Shown piece after piece: positions 43,549 to 50,289 of a DNA stretch of 50,289 nucleotides; within the stretch, counting starts at the first letter, position 1, and the number at the start of each line of letters is the position of its first letter. Origin of the DNA: Lentisphaerota bacterium (GTDB lineage: Bacteria > Verrucomicrobiota > Kiritimatiellia > RFP12 > JAAYNR01); contig JAAYNR010000031.1 in assembly GCA_012520735.1 (NCBI GenBank), positions 1 through 50,289 of the forward strand, read 5' to 3'. The notes beneath the pieces were generated by a model. That model was not told the origin of the DNA, searched no databases, and saw only the letters and a program-made list of their open reading frames with translations. The position numbers were made by a program, and so were the translations under genes.

Positions 43549-45068
43549 CAATATTGGCCTATTATCGTAAAGCAACTAGTGGGGGTAGCCCCGGTATCGT
43601 GAGCCGGTGCTCTCTTCTTTTTGTGACCAAACGGTATATTGATAAATTGTTCCATAAAAGAATTCTAGCGGCTTTTGCTTTAGCGCTGTCACAGCAAAAG
43701 TTGAGTCACCAACGCCCCTATCTGCTAATCGCGGCTCTCCTGTTCTTCACCGCTTCTCTCTGGCAGCTCAATGCCGCCAATACCAATGTCTGGCGGTTTC
43801 GCTTCGGGCCTTTTCTCGAATTCGGACGTAGTGCCGATGGAATCGAGACCTGGGCTATTCGTCCTTTAATCTCTTCAGTCAGCCACCCCGAAACTCATCA
43901 GGAGGTTAATGACCTCCTGTGGCCGGTCGGCACTGCCCTGTTGCGAGGCACCCACTCTTCAGGGCGTCTGCTGATAGGTGGCTGGAGTGATGACAACCCC
44001 GATGCCATACATCACCGCCATCAGGAGTGGCTCTTTCCACTCTATCTTGGTGGTGAAACGCGCGATGGCAAATCGTATTTCGCGCTCTTTCCGTTTTATG
44101 GTAAAATCCCCGAAATACTTTTTATGCAGGATGTCTCATTTACCATCTTCCCCTTCTATCTCAATTATCGGACCTCTACTACAGAGCGTAGTTTCATCCC
44201 CTGGCCATTTTATAGCCGTACCACCCGTGCTGATGGCGACGTCCGTTACGGTTTTTTCCCGATTCATGGCTCACAAAAGAGTGCCGACACAATCTCATCT
44301 TATACTTTCTGGCCTTTCTGGACCCAACAGGTCTCTACCGGTGAGGGGCACAGTGGTAAGTCGCAGATGCTGTTCCCGATTTACGCCACCACTACTACTG
44401 ATCGCCAAAGCTCCTGGATGGCCATACCACCATTTATTTACCACGGCACAGTAACAAACCGTAATGGTATAACCACGCAAACCCGTGCTCCCTGGCCTTT
44501 TTATGTACGTGAAGAGACCCCCGAATACTCCCGCCGTTCTTATTGGCCAATCTACGGCTGGCGAGAGTCGAAGGGAGAGGAGTCGCACGATCGCTTCTCT
44601 TATTCCCTGTGGCCCTTTATCAACCATGAGTACCACCACCGCCCCGGCACCATCTTCTCGTTAAGTTACTTCTTCCCTTTTTACTACTCTAAAGAGCAGA
44701 GTGTCGCCACACGTAGCGGCAGCCACACCCGCGACCGCTATACGCGGGTCTGGCCATTGTGGTCGTATCAGGTGCGTGACGATCAATTCCGTCTCCGTCT
44801 GCTGGAGCTGTGGCCAATGAAAAATGCTGGCGGCATTGAACGTAACTGGGCACCGTTCTGGACTTGGTTTGTCCGTAGTGGCCAAGGTGACTCCACCCGT
44901 GACACCGATATCTTCTGGGGCCTGCTGCGCTGGGGAACCAACAACAGCGGTGGCAGCTATGGCCAGGTTACCGCCTTGGTCACGTGGCGCAGGGACAACC
45001 CCGATGCCTCACGTGAGTGGCGTATTTTTGGACTCCATATAAATAGGAGACAGCATGATTACCCGTGA
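43545..45068 (+). CDS. Aromatic-proline repeat protein, unknown function, probable envelope protein
   Basis: The long ORF carries 14 strict [WF]-P-[FILVM] motifs (LFPLY, LFPFY, IFPFY, PWPFY, FWPFW, YWPIY, FFPFY, VWPLW...). A hydrophobic N-terminal segment LLIAALLFFTASLWQLNAA is present. The start is uncertain (GTG 43545 overlaps the upstream stop; GTG 43623 is possible). The 3' end overlaps mlaE by 14 nt. Confidence 0.7.
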   Translation: MTILAYYRKATSGGSPGIVSRCSLLFVTKRYIDKLFHKRILAAFALALSQQKLSHQRPYLLIAALLFFTASLWQLNAANTNVWRFRFGPFLEFGRSADGIETWAIRPLISSVSHPETHQEVNDLLWPVGTALLRGTHSSGRLLIGGWSDDNPDAIHHRHQEWLFPLYLGGETRDGKSYFALFPFYGKIPEILFMQDVSFTIFPFYLNYRTSTTERSFIPWPFYSRTTRADGDVRYGFFPIHGSQKSADTISSYTFWPFWTQQVSTGEGHSGKSQMLFPIYATTTTDRQSSWMAIPPFIYHGTVTNRNGITTQTRAPWPFYVREETPEYSRRSYWPIYGWRESKGEESHDRFSYSLWPFINHEYHHRPGTIFSLSYFFPFYYSKEQSVATRSGSHTRDRYTRVWPLWSYQVRDDQFRLRLLELWPMKNAGGIERNWAPFWTWFVRSGQGDSTRDTDIFWGLLRWGTNNSGGSYGQVTALVTWRRDNPDASREWRIFGLHINRRQHDYP

Positions 45069-45870
45069 CCCGATTGACGTACCCTACACCACCAATCCAC
45101 TGCTCAGCCTGTGGTACACTGTTGCAGTAGGTGCACAGGATGTCGGGCGAGCCACGCTTCTGATCGTGCAGTCACTCGCTGGTGTCCGACGTCTCTTCTC
45201 CAAGCGTGGTCGTCCCGCTTTTGTGGAGCAACTATATACCGTCGGTATCGCCAGTCTGCCACTGATTACGATTGTTGCCCTCTTTATCGGTATGATCCTC
45301 GCACTGCAGACAGGCCTTGAGTTGCGCCGCTTTAATCAGGAGATATTTATCGGCTCAGCCGTTATGGTTTCGATGCTACGTGAGATGGGACCACTGATGT
45401 CGGCTCTTATCCTTACCGCCTGTGTCGGCTCAGCTATGGCGGCGCAAATCGGCACCATGACAGTCAACGACGAAATAGCCGCGCTGGAGATGCTCGCCAT
45501 CGACCCCGTCCGTTTCCTGATGACCCCACGTATCTGGGCCCTGGTGATCATGACCCCACTTCTCTCCTTCTACACCTGTGTTGTCGGGGTTATCGGTGGT
45601 GGCGTTGTCGGTTACACTCAGCTTAATATCCAATGGGTACAGTACTTTGACATTGCAATAGACTTTGCCCGTGAACGTGATCTCTATGTCGGCCTGTTGA
45701 AGGCGGTAATTTATGGTATAGTGATAGCGGGTGTCGCCTGTTATGAAGGTTTCACTGCTGCTCAGGGGGCAGTGGGGGTGGGTCGCGCTACCCGCAGTTC
45801 TGTGGTAAAATCGTTTCTTCTTATTTTGATACTAGGCTATTTTGTCACCCGGGGGTTTTATAACGGATGA
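45055..45870 (+). CDS. mlaE: MlaE-like ABC permease
   Basis: It is a multi-TM protein of MlaE/YrbE size and pattern (GPLMSALILTA..GSAMAAQIGTM). SD AGGAG is present and the gene lies upstream of mlaF/mlaD. Confidence 0.8.
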   Translation: MITRDPIDVPYTTNPLLSLWYTVAVGAQDVGRATLLIVQSLAGVRRLFSKRGRPAFVEQLYTVGIASLPLITIVALFIGMILALQTGLELRRFNQEIFIGSAVMVSMLREMGPLMSALILTACVGSAMAAQIGTMTVNDEIAALEMLAIDPVRFLMTPRIWALVIMTPLLSFYTCVVGVIGGGVVGYTQLNIQWVQYFDIAIDFARERDLYVGLLKAVIYGIVIAGVACYEGFTAAQGAVGVGRATRSSVVKSFLLILILGYFVTRGFYNG

Positions 45871-46625
45871 TCAAGTTCGAAAATGTAGTTAAACGCTTCG
45901 GCAGGCGTACCGTGCTTGACGACATCTCATTTGAGGTCGTCAAGGGCGAGGTTTTTGTCATTGTCGGCCCCTCCGGAACTGGCAAAAGTGTGGCTCTGAA
46001 ACATATGGTACGCCTCCTCTCCCCCACTTCCGGTACGGTGTGGCTTAACGATGTCGCCGTCAGCAGAGCCGATGGTCTGGAACTGCAGCAGGCCCGGGAG
46101 CAATTCGGCTATCTATTTCAGGGTGGTGCACTCCTCGGCTGGATGACCGTCGCCGAAAACGTGGCGCTACCACTTGAAGAGAAAACTGCTATGTCACAGG
46201 AAGAGATCGCTCGGCGTGTGGCCGAAGTACTGGAGATGGTAGGCCTGGAAGACGACGGCGACAAACTACCGTCCGAGATATCGGGCGGTATGCAAAAACG
46301 TGCCGGTCTTGCACGGGCTATCGTCTGCAACCCCGATATTGTCCTCTATGATGAACCCACCTCAGGTCTCGATCCTGTAACGTCACGTACTATTGACCGT
46401 CTTATCAAACATCTCAACACTACCCTCGGTGTAACTAGTATTGTAGTCACCCACGACCTTCACAGTGCTCTCTCTATCGGCCATCGTATTGCCATGCTGC
46501 ATGGTGGCAAGGTGATCGAAATTGCTCCCCCCGAGGAGTTCATTAAATCTACCCACCCCGAGGTAATACAATTTCTCGAAGCTCAATTTATTACTAAAAC
46601 CTGGCGAAAGGATATCAATGTATGA
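45867..46625 (+). CDS. mlaF: MlaF-like ABC ATPase
   Basis: Walker A is GPSGTGKS, the signature ISGGMQKR and Walker B VLYDEPTSGLD. It has ATGA overlaps at both ends. Confidence 0.9.
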   Translation: MIKFENVVKRFGRRTVLDDISFEVVKGEVFVIVGPSGTGKSVALKHMVRLLSPTSGTVWLNDVAVSRADGLELQQAREQFGYLFQGGALLGWMTVAENVALPLEEKTAMSQEEIARRVAEVLEMVGLEDDGDKLPSEISGGMQKRAGLARAIVCNPDIVLYDEPTSGLDPVTSRTIDRLIKHLNTTLGVTSIVVTHDLHSALSIGHRIAMLHGGKVIEIAPPEEFIKSTHPEVIQFLEAQFITKTWRKDINV

Positions 46626-47722
46626 TTAATAAATCTCAGTTTTTCAGTGAAATGATGGTGGGCCTCTTTATGATGGCTGTTTTAGGCGTACTGATCTTTT
46701 TCACCATCATTATCTCCGGAGCCGATATTTTTAAAGGACACTCCGATAAACAATATACCATCCACTTCGACAGTGTCGGCGGTTTGCGCCTCCACGATAA
46801 TGTCATTGTGCGTGGTATGCCCGTTGGTACTGTCAAAAAACTCGACCTTCAGGAGGATGGTGTTGAGGTGGAGATTAAGGTCAGTAGCACAGTCCGTATC
46901 CGTGAAGACAACTACTCAATCAGAGTAGCGTCTAATTCACTCCTCGGTGGCAACCACCTCAAGATTGATGAGGGTGAAGGCTCTATTGTCTCCACTAAAA
47001 CTATCCTTCAGGGGACCTCACCCAGCGATTGGATGCATGACCTCGGTGAGGCAGTCGGTGAGATTAAAAAGCTCATCAGTGACGACGACCTTATCGGCAA
47101 TCTTAAACGTGCCTCGCAATCACTCTCTGATATACTCGCTCGCGTTGAACGTGGTGAAGGTACCCTCGGCAAACTCCTCAGCAGCGATGAAACCGTCTAT
47201 AACGACCTCTCAAACACTGTCGCCTCTATCAGCGTTGTGGCTGGTCGGCTGGAGCGTGGCGAGAGTTCTCTAGGCAAACTGGTCAGTGACGACGGTGCTG
47301 TCTACGACAGCTTGAAGTCGTCTATGGCACATATTGAAACTATCTCTGAACGTCTCGCCAGCGGCAAAGGAACTCTGGGGCGTCTCCTCTCCGAAGATGA
47401 GAAACTCTACAACGACCTCTCCGAAACCATTGCCAGCGCCCGTGATATCGCCGCCCGCCTCAATGCCGGAGAAGGGACGCTTGGTAAACTACTCAGCTCA
47501 AATGATGAGGTGTATAACGATATTGTAAAAATTACCGAGAGCCTCAAAACCGTTGGAGAGCGTCTGGCTAACGGCGAAGGGACTCTCGGTAAACTCTCTG
47601 CCGATGACTCACTCTATAAAGAGGCCGACGGCCTGGTGCGTGACTTGCGTCAGGTTCTCGACAATTTCCGTGAAACTCAACCCCTCGTCACCTTTGGCTC
47701 TCTGGTGATCGGCGGTCTATAA
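46622..47722 (+). CDS. mlaD: MlaD/MCE-domain substrate-binding protein with repetitive C-terminal extension
   Basis: It has an N-terminal TM helix and an MCE-like core (VRGMPVGTVKKL). These are followed by 4.9 tandem 35-aa repeats of the type GEGTLGKLLSSDE.VYNDL. Confidence 0.8.
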   Translation: MINKSQFFSEMMVGLFMMAVLGVLIFFTIIISGADIFKGHSDKQYTIHFDSVGGLRLHDNVIVRGMPVGTVKKLDLQEDGVEVEIKVSSTVRIREDNYSIRVASNSLLGGNHLKIDEGEGSIVSTKTILQGTSPSDWMHDLGEAVGEIKKLISDDDLIGNLKRASQSLSDILARVERGEGTLGKLLSSDETVYNDLSNTVASISVVAGRLERGESSLGKLVSDDGAVYDSLKSSMAHIETISERLASGKGTLGRLLSEDEKLYNDLSETIASARDIAARLNAGEGTLGKLLSSNDEVYNDIVKITESLKTVGERLANGEGTLGKLSADDSLYKEADGLVRDLRQVLDNFRETQPLVTFGSLVIGGL

Positions 47723-47775
47723 TTTACTTTTAATGCGCCACGGCACAAACCACACCCCAGCACACAGGAGAAAAT

Positions 47776-48825
47776 ATGCGTAACCTCGACCCAAACCGGA
47801 TGTTTTATGAGATGGCACTGCGCCACCGCCCCAAATTCCGTTTCGACGGCGGCACAGTTGAAGAGTTCACCCTTTGGCAGCAGGAGGCTCTCCCCGCCGT
47901 GATAAACTGTCTGGGCGACTTCCCTGAAAAAGTCCCACCAAACCCCGAGTTGATCGCCGAGTGGCAGGAGCGCGGCATCCGCGTGCAACGCTGGTTTATC
48001 GATGTCCACCCCTTCCTCGCTGCAACCCTGCTCGTTAACTACCCCGCCGACCTCAAACCTGGCGAGAAACGTCCCGCCATTATGTGCTGGCACGGTCATG
48101 GTCAATTCGGCAAAGAGCCTGTTATGGGCGATGCCACCTCACCCCAAAAAGCGGGCGATATAGCCGCAATGCGCTACGATTATGGTTTCCAGATGGCCAA
48201 AGCCGGTTTCATCACCTATGCCATCGACTGGATCGGGGGCGGCGAGCGTAACCCTAAACAAAAACCAAACTATTGGAGTGCCGGCGACGGCCGTGACTGG
48301 TGTAACCTCCTCTATCTGCACGCCACCATGTTTGGCACCACCTCCATCGCCATTAATGTCCAGCATGGACGCATGGCAACCGACTTTGTTGCCTCGCTCC
48401 CTGAGGTCGATGCCCAACGCCTCGGTGTAATGGGCCTCAGCGGCGGTGGCACCACCACTACGTGGTCGTACCTCTGTGATGACCGCTTCCGTGCTGCTGA
48501 GATCATCTGCTACTGCGACCTCTGGGCCGCTTTCGGTATGCGCGATACCAACTACTGCGGTATGCAGGTGGCTCCGGGACTCTATAAACTGGTCGACCTC
48601 CCCGACCTGCAGGGGTTACTCGCACCACGGCCACTGTTGATTGATATCGGAGCTCGCGACACCTGTTTCCGTATAGAGACAACCATGCGGGCTTACAAGC
48701 GCCTTGAAAAAATCTACTCTGCTGCCGGTGCGGCTGATAAACTTGAACTCGATCTCCACCCCGGCGAACACGGCTGGGGCGGTAATAAGGCAATCCCCTT
48801 CTTCACCCAACACCTTAAAACTTAA
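47776..48825 (+). CDS. Alpha/beta hydrolase (acetyl-xylan-esterase / dienelactone-hydrolase-like)
   Basis: The nucleophile elbow GLSGGG and the HGHG block are present. SD AGGAG is present. Confidence 0.75.
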   Translation: MRNLDPNRMFYEMALRHRPKFRFDGGTVEEFTLWQQEALPAVINCLGDFPEKVPPNPELIAEWQERGIRVQRWFIDVHPFLAATLLVNYPADLKPGEKRPAIMCWHGHGQFGKEPVMGDATSPQKAGDIAAMRYDYGFQMAKAGFITYAIDWIGGGERNPKQKPNYWSAGDGRDWCNLLYLHATMFGTTSIAINVQHGRMATDFVASLPEVDAQRLGVMGLSGGGTTTTWSYLCDDRFRAAEIICYCDLWAAFGMRDTNYCGMQVAPGLYKLVDLPDLQGLLAPRPLLIDIGARDTCFRIETTMRAYKRLEKIYSAAGAADKLELDLHPGEHGWGGNKAIPFFTQHLKT

Positions 48826-48937
48826 ACGCTCTCAAGGCTGCTCGGCCACGTGTCGTCCCGGCCCCCTTCCACACCATAAAGAGCCTTGACATTGCAACTC
48901 TCGCCATAAAAGTAAACACCACAAACAGGAGAAATAA

Positions 48938-49729
48938 ATGAGATTTGGTATTTGTGTAGCACAAGATAAAATGGCCGATGTGGCCGCCGCCGGTTTTGAC
49001 TTTTGCGAACTCTCTGTCTATGAGTTATTGGAACCAGCCGATGGCGCCGAGTTTGCCGCCTGGGCAGAAAAAATACGTAACGCCCCAGCTCCTGTCGAGG
49101 CCGTCAACGCTTTCTTCACAGGTGGGCTCCGCGTTACCGGCCCCGATGTCGATTACAAATTACTCGAATCCCATATCGAAAAAACCATGCGACGCGCCGG
49201 AATCGCCGGCATCAAAATTGTTGTTTTCGGTAGTGGCGGAGCCCGCAAATTGCCCGATGGCTACCCCGTTGAAAAAGGGTGGCAAGACCTTGCCACCGTG
49301 GCTCGCATGGCTGCTGAGTATGGTGCCATACATGGCGTTACTACTGCCATGGAGCCACTCCTCAAAAAAGCCTGCAACTTCTTCAACACCGTGGCGCAAG
49401 GGAGTGATTTTGTCGACCGTGTCAACCACCCTAACCTGCAACTGCTGGGAGATCTCTTCCACATGGCCGATAATGGCGAGTCGTTTACCGACTTAATCAA
49501 CGCCGGTGATCGTCTCGCCCATATCCACGTTGCCACACCCTCTCTGCCAGAGACCGGCGACGGTATTGCCTACGATTTCGACTCCTTTTTCGATGCCCTG
49601 CGACAGTCTGGTTACGATGGCCGCATTACAGTTGAAGACAACCCCGGTCTGCTCTGGAAAATAGAGCCACCGCTGACAGACGCATATCGCGCCATCCTCA
49701 ACTTTGTCCGGGCCAAAGCAACACGCTAA
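48938..49729 (+). CDS. Sugar-phosphate isomerase/epimerase (xylose-isomerase-like TIM barrel)
   Basis: The size and blocks (FDFCELS, IVVFGSGGAR, AMEPL, DLFHM, HIHVA) are typical of the AP-endonuclease-2/xylose-isomerase-like TIM family. SD AGGAG is present. Confidence 0.75.
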   Translation: MRFGICVAQDKMADVAAAGFDFCELSVYELLEPADGAEFAAWAEKIRNAPAPVEAVNAFFTGGLRVTGPDVDYKLLESHIEKTMRRAGIAGIKIVVFGSGGARKLPDGYPVEKGWQDLATVARMAAEYGAIHGVTTAMEPLLKKACNFFNTVAQGSDFVDRVNHPNLQLLGDLFHMADNGESFTDLINAGDRLAHIHVATPSLPETGDGIAYDFDSFFDALRQSGYDGRITVEDNPGLLWKIEPPLTDAYRAILNFVRAKATR

Positions 49730-49760
49730 CCCGGAAATACCACCCACTACCTATACCAGA

Positions 49761-49985
49761 TCAACCAAATGGGCAACCACCACTGGCGCATGTCGGTGTA
49801 CTGCAACTACCTAGTGAACATGATGCTCCCCCCGACTCTTTAACTGTGGCGGCAAAGCTGGACAACTGCTTAGCCAGCTTTGCCCCGCCACACTCGGGAC
49901 ACTTCTGTGGTTTATCGGCATGGGTGCGTGCCAGAAAATCAAACTCATGACCACATTTCTCACAACTATACTCGAAAATAGGCAT
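49761..49985 (-). CDS. FmdB-family putative regulatory zinc-ribbon protein
   Basis: MPIFEYSCEKCGHEF....CPECG is the FmdB/CxxC-CxxC signature. The start is moved to ATG 49985 with GAGGAG upstream. Confidence 0.8.
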   Translation of the reverse strand: MPIFEYSCEKCGHEFDFLARTHADKPQKCPECGGAKLAKQLSSFAATVKESGGASCSLGSCSTPTCASGGCPFG

Positions 49986-50102
49986 TACTCTTAACTCCTC
50001 AACAAATAACGGTGTGTTGCTTAACTCACCGTGTAAATAAAAACTTAGCAATAGTTTACTATATTCTGACAATATGGTCTAGCCGCTGAATTAGCCACGC
50101 AG

Positions 50103-50127
50103 ATTAGTAGCGAACCCGTTAGCTACT
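50103..50127. promoter_or_regulatory. Second copy of the ATTAGTAGC..GTTAGCTACT inverted repeat
   Basis: ATTAGTAGCGAAC-CC-GTTAGCTACT has arms pairing at 9 of 10 positions. It is 22/28 identical to 34825-34852 and lies 118 nt upstream of the FmdB-like start. Confidence 0.4.
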
Positions 50128-50289
50128 GTCAAAAAAAACAAGAAGTTCAAGCAGCTATCTTCTAAAGTTGTTGCTGATGGGTGCCATAGTGCTTGAGACC
50201 AAATATCGGGATTCGATCTATTTACCGTGGCGTGGTCGAAGGTTTTACTTCATAATGCGCGTAAGCGCAGTGCTTAGATCATTATAAGC

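Noticed and set aside
48886-48912. TTGACA ... TAAAAG promoter-like pair upstream of the isomerase gene
   Set aside because: The spacer is only 15 nt and the -10 is weak, so I cannot support it without start-site data.
50103-50138. Hairpin plus A8 run as an intrinsic terminator
   Set aside because: On the + strand the stem is followed by A rather than T. On the - strand the T-run precedes the stem. Neither orientation fits a terminator, and the stem is better explained as the second copy of the 34.8-kb palindrome.
1-50289. tRNA, rRNA, tmRNA, RNase P, SRP RNA, transposases, integrases, and defence or toxin-antitoxin genes
   Set aside because: I scanned the intergenic regions for hallmark strings (GGTTCGAATCC-type T-arms, the RNase P AAAGTCCGG core) and the ORF list for the relevant protein motifs, and recognised none. 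A tRNAscan/Infernal/HMM run would be needed to be certain.

Overview
This 50.3-kb window is densely packed bacterial chromosome. It holds 36 apparently intact protein-coding genes plus one frameshifted gene. Most genes have clear Shine-Dalgarno sites, and several have 1-14 nt start/stop overlaps that indicate operons. I found no rRNA, tRNA, CRISPR array, transposase, integrase or phage gene. Left to right the content is: (1) a ~1490-aa secreted protein; (2) a Kef-type antiporter fused to a PTS EIIA domain; (3) a long minus-strand run of PHP phosphoesterase, NifU-like protein, heterodimeric ABC exporter, HlyD, a Cys-rich zinc-ribbon protein, a TolC-like protein, an alpha/beta hydrolase, Soj/ParA and a frameshifted unknown gene; (4) pcnB and malic enzyme; (5) a 1.1-kb ORF-free, repeat-filled gap; (6) a methyl-THF methyltransferase and fhs converging on an operon of GH20 hexosaminidase plus two UroD-family genes; (7) ettA; (8) an ArsR regulator plus a four-domain CoA-disulfide/persulfide reductase; (9) a sulfatase, tyrS, an M16 peptidase, ytfE/RIC, DUF488, an HpcH aldolase, argF and a pyrB-like gene; (10) an aromatic-proline repeat protein coupled to mlaEFD; (11) an esterase, a sugar-phosphate isomerase and an FmdB zinc ribbon. 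The gene content and the word-like intergenic repeats make me guess a glycan-degrading anaerobe of the PVC type, but that is inference only. No canonical defence or mobile system is visible. The candidates I consider most worth follow-up are these. First, a conserved two-hairpin non-coding element with a compensatory stem change (21.7 kb and 31.7 kb) and the shuffled word repeats around it. Second, the repeat-protein + Mla operon. Third, the tripartite exporter operon with an embedded 14-Cys protein. Fourth, the methyl-transfer/GH20 cluster that lacks a corrinoid protein. Fifth, a 13-2-13 palindrome shared by two distant promoter regions. All family calls rest on motif recognition by eye; no database search was possible.
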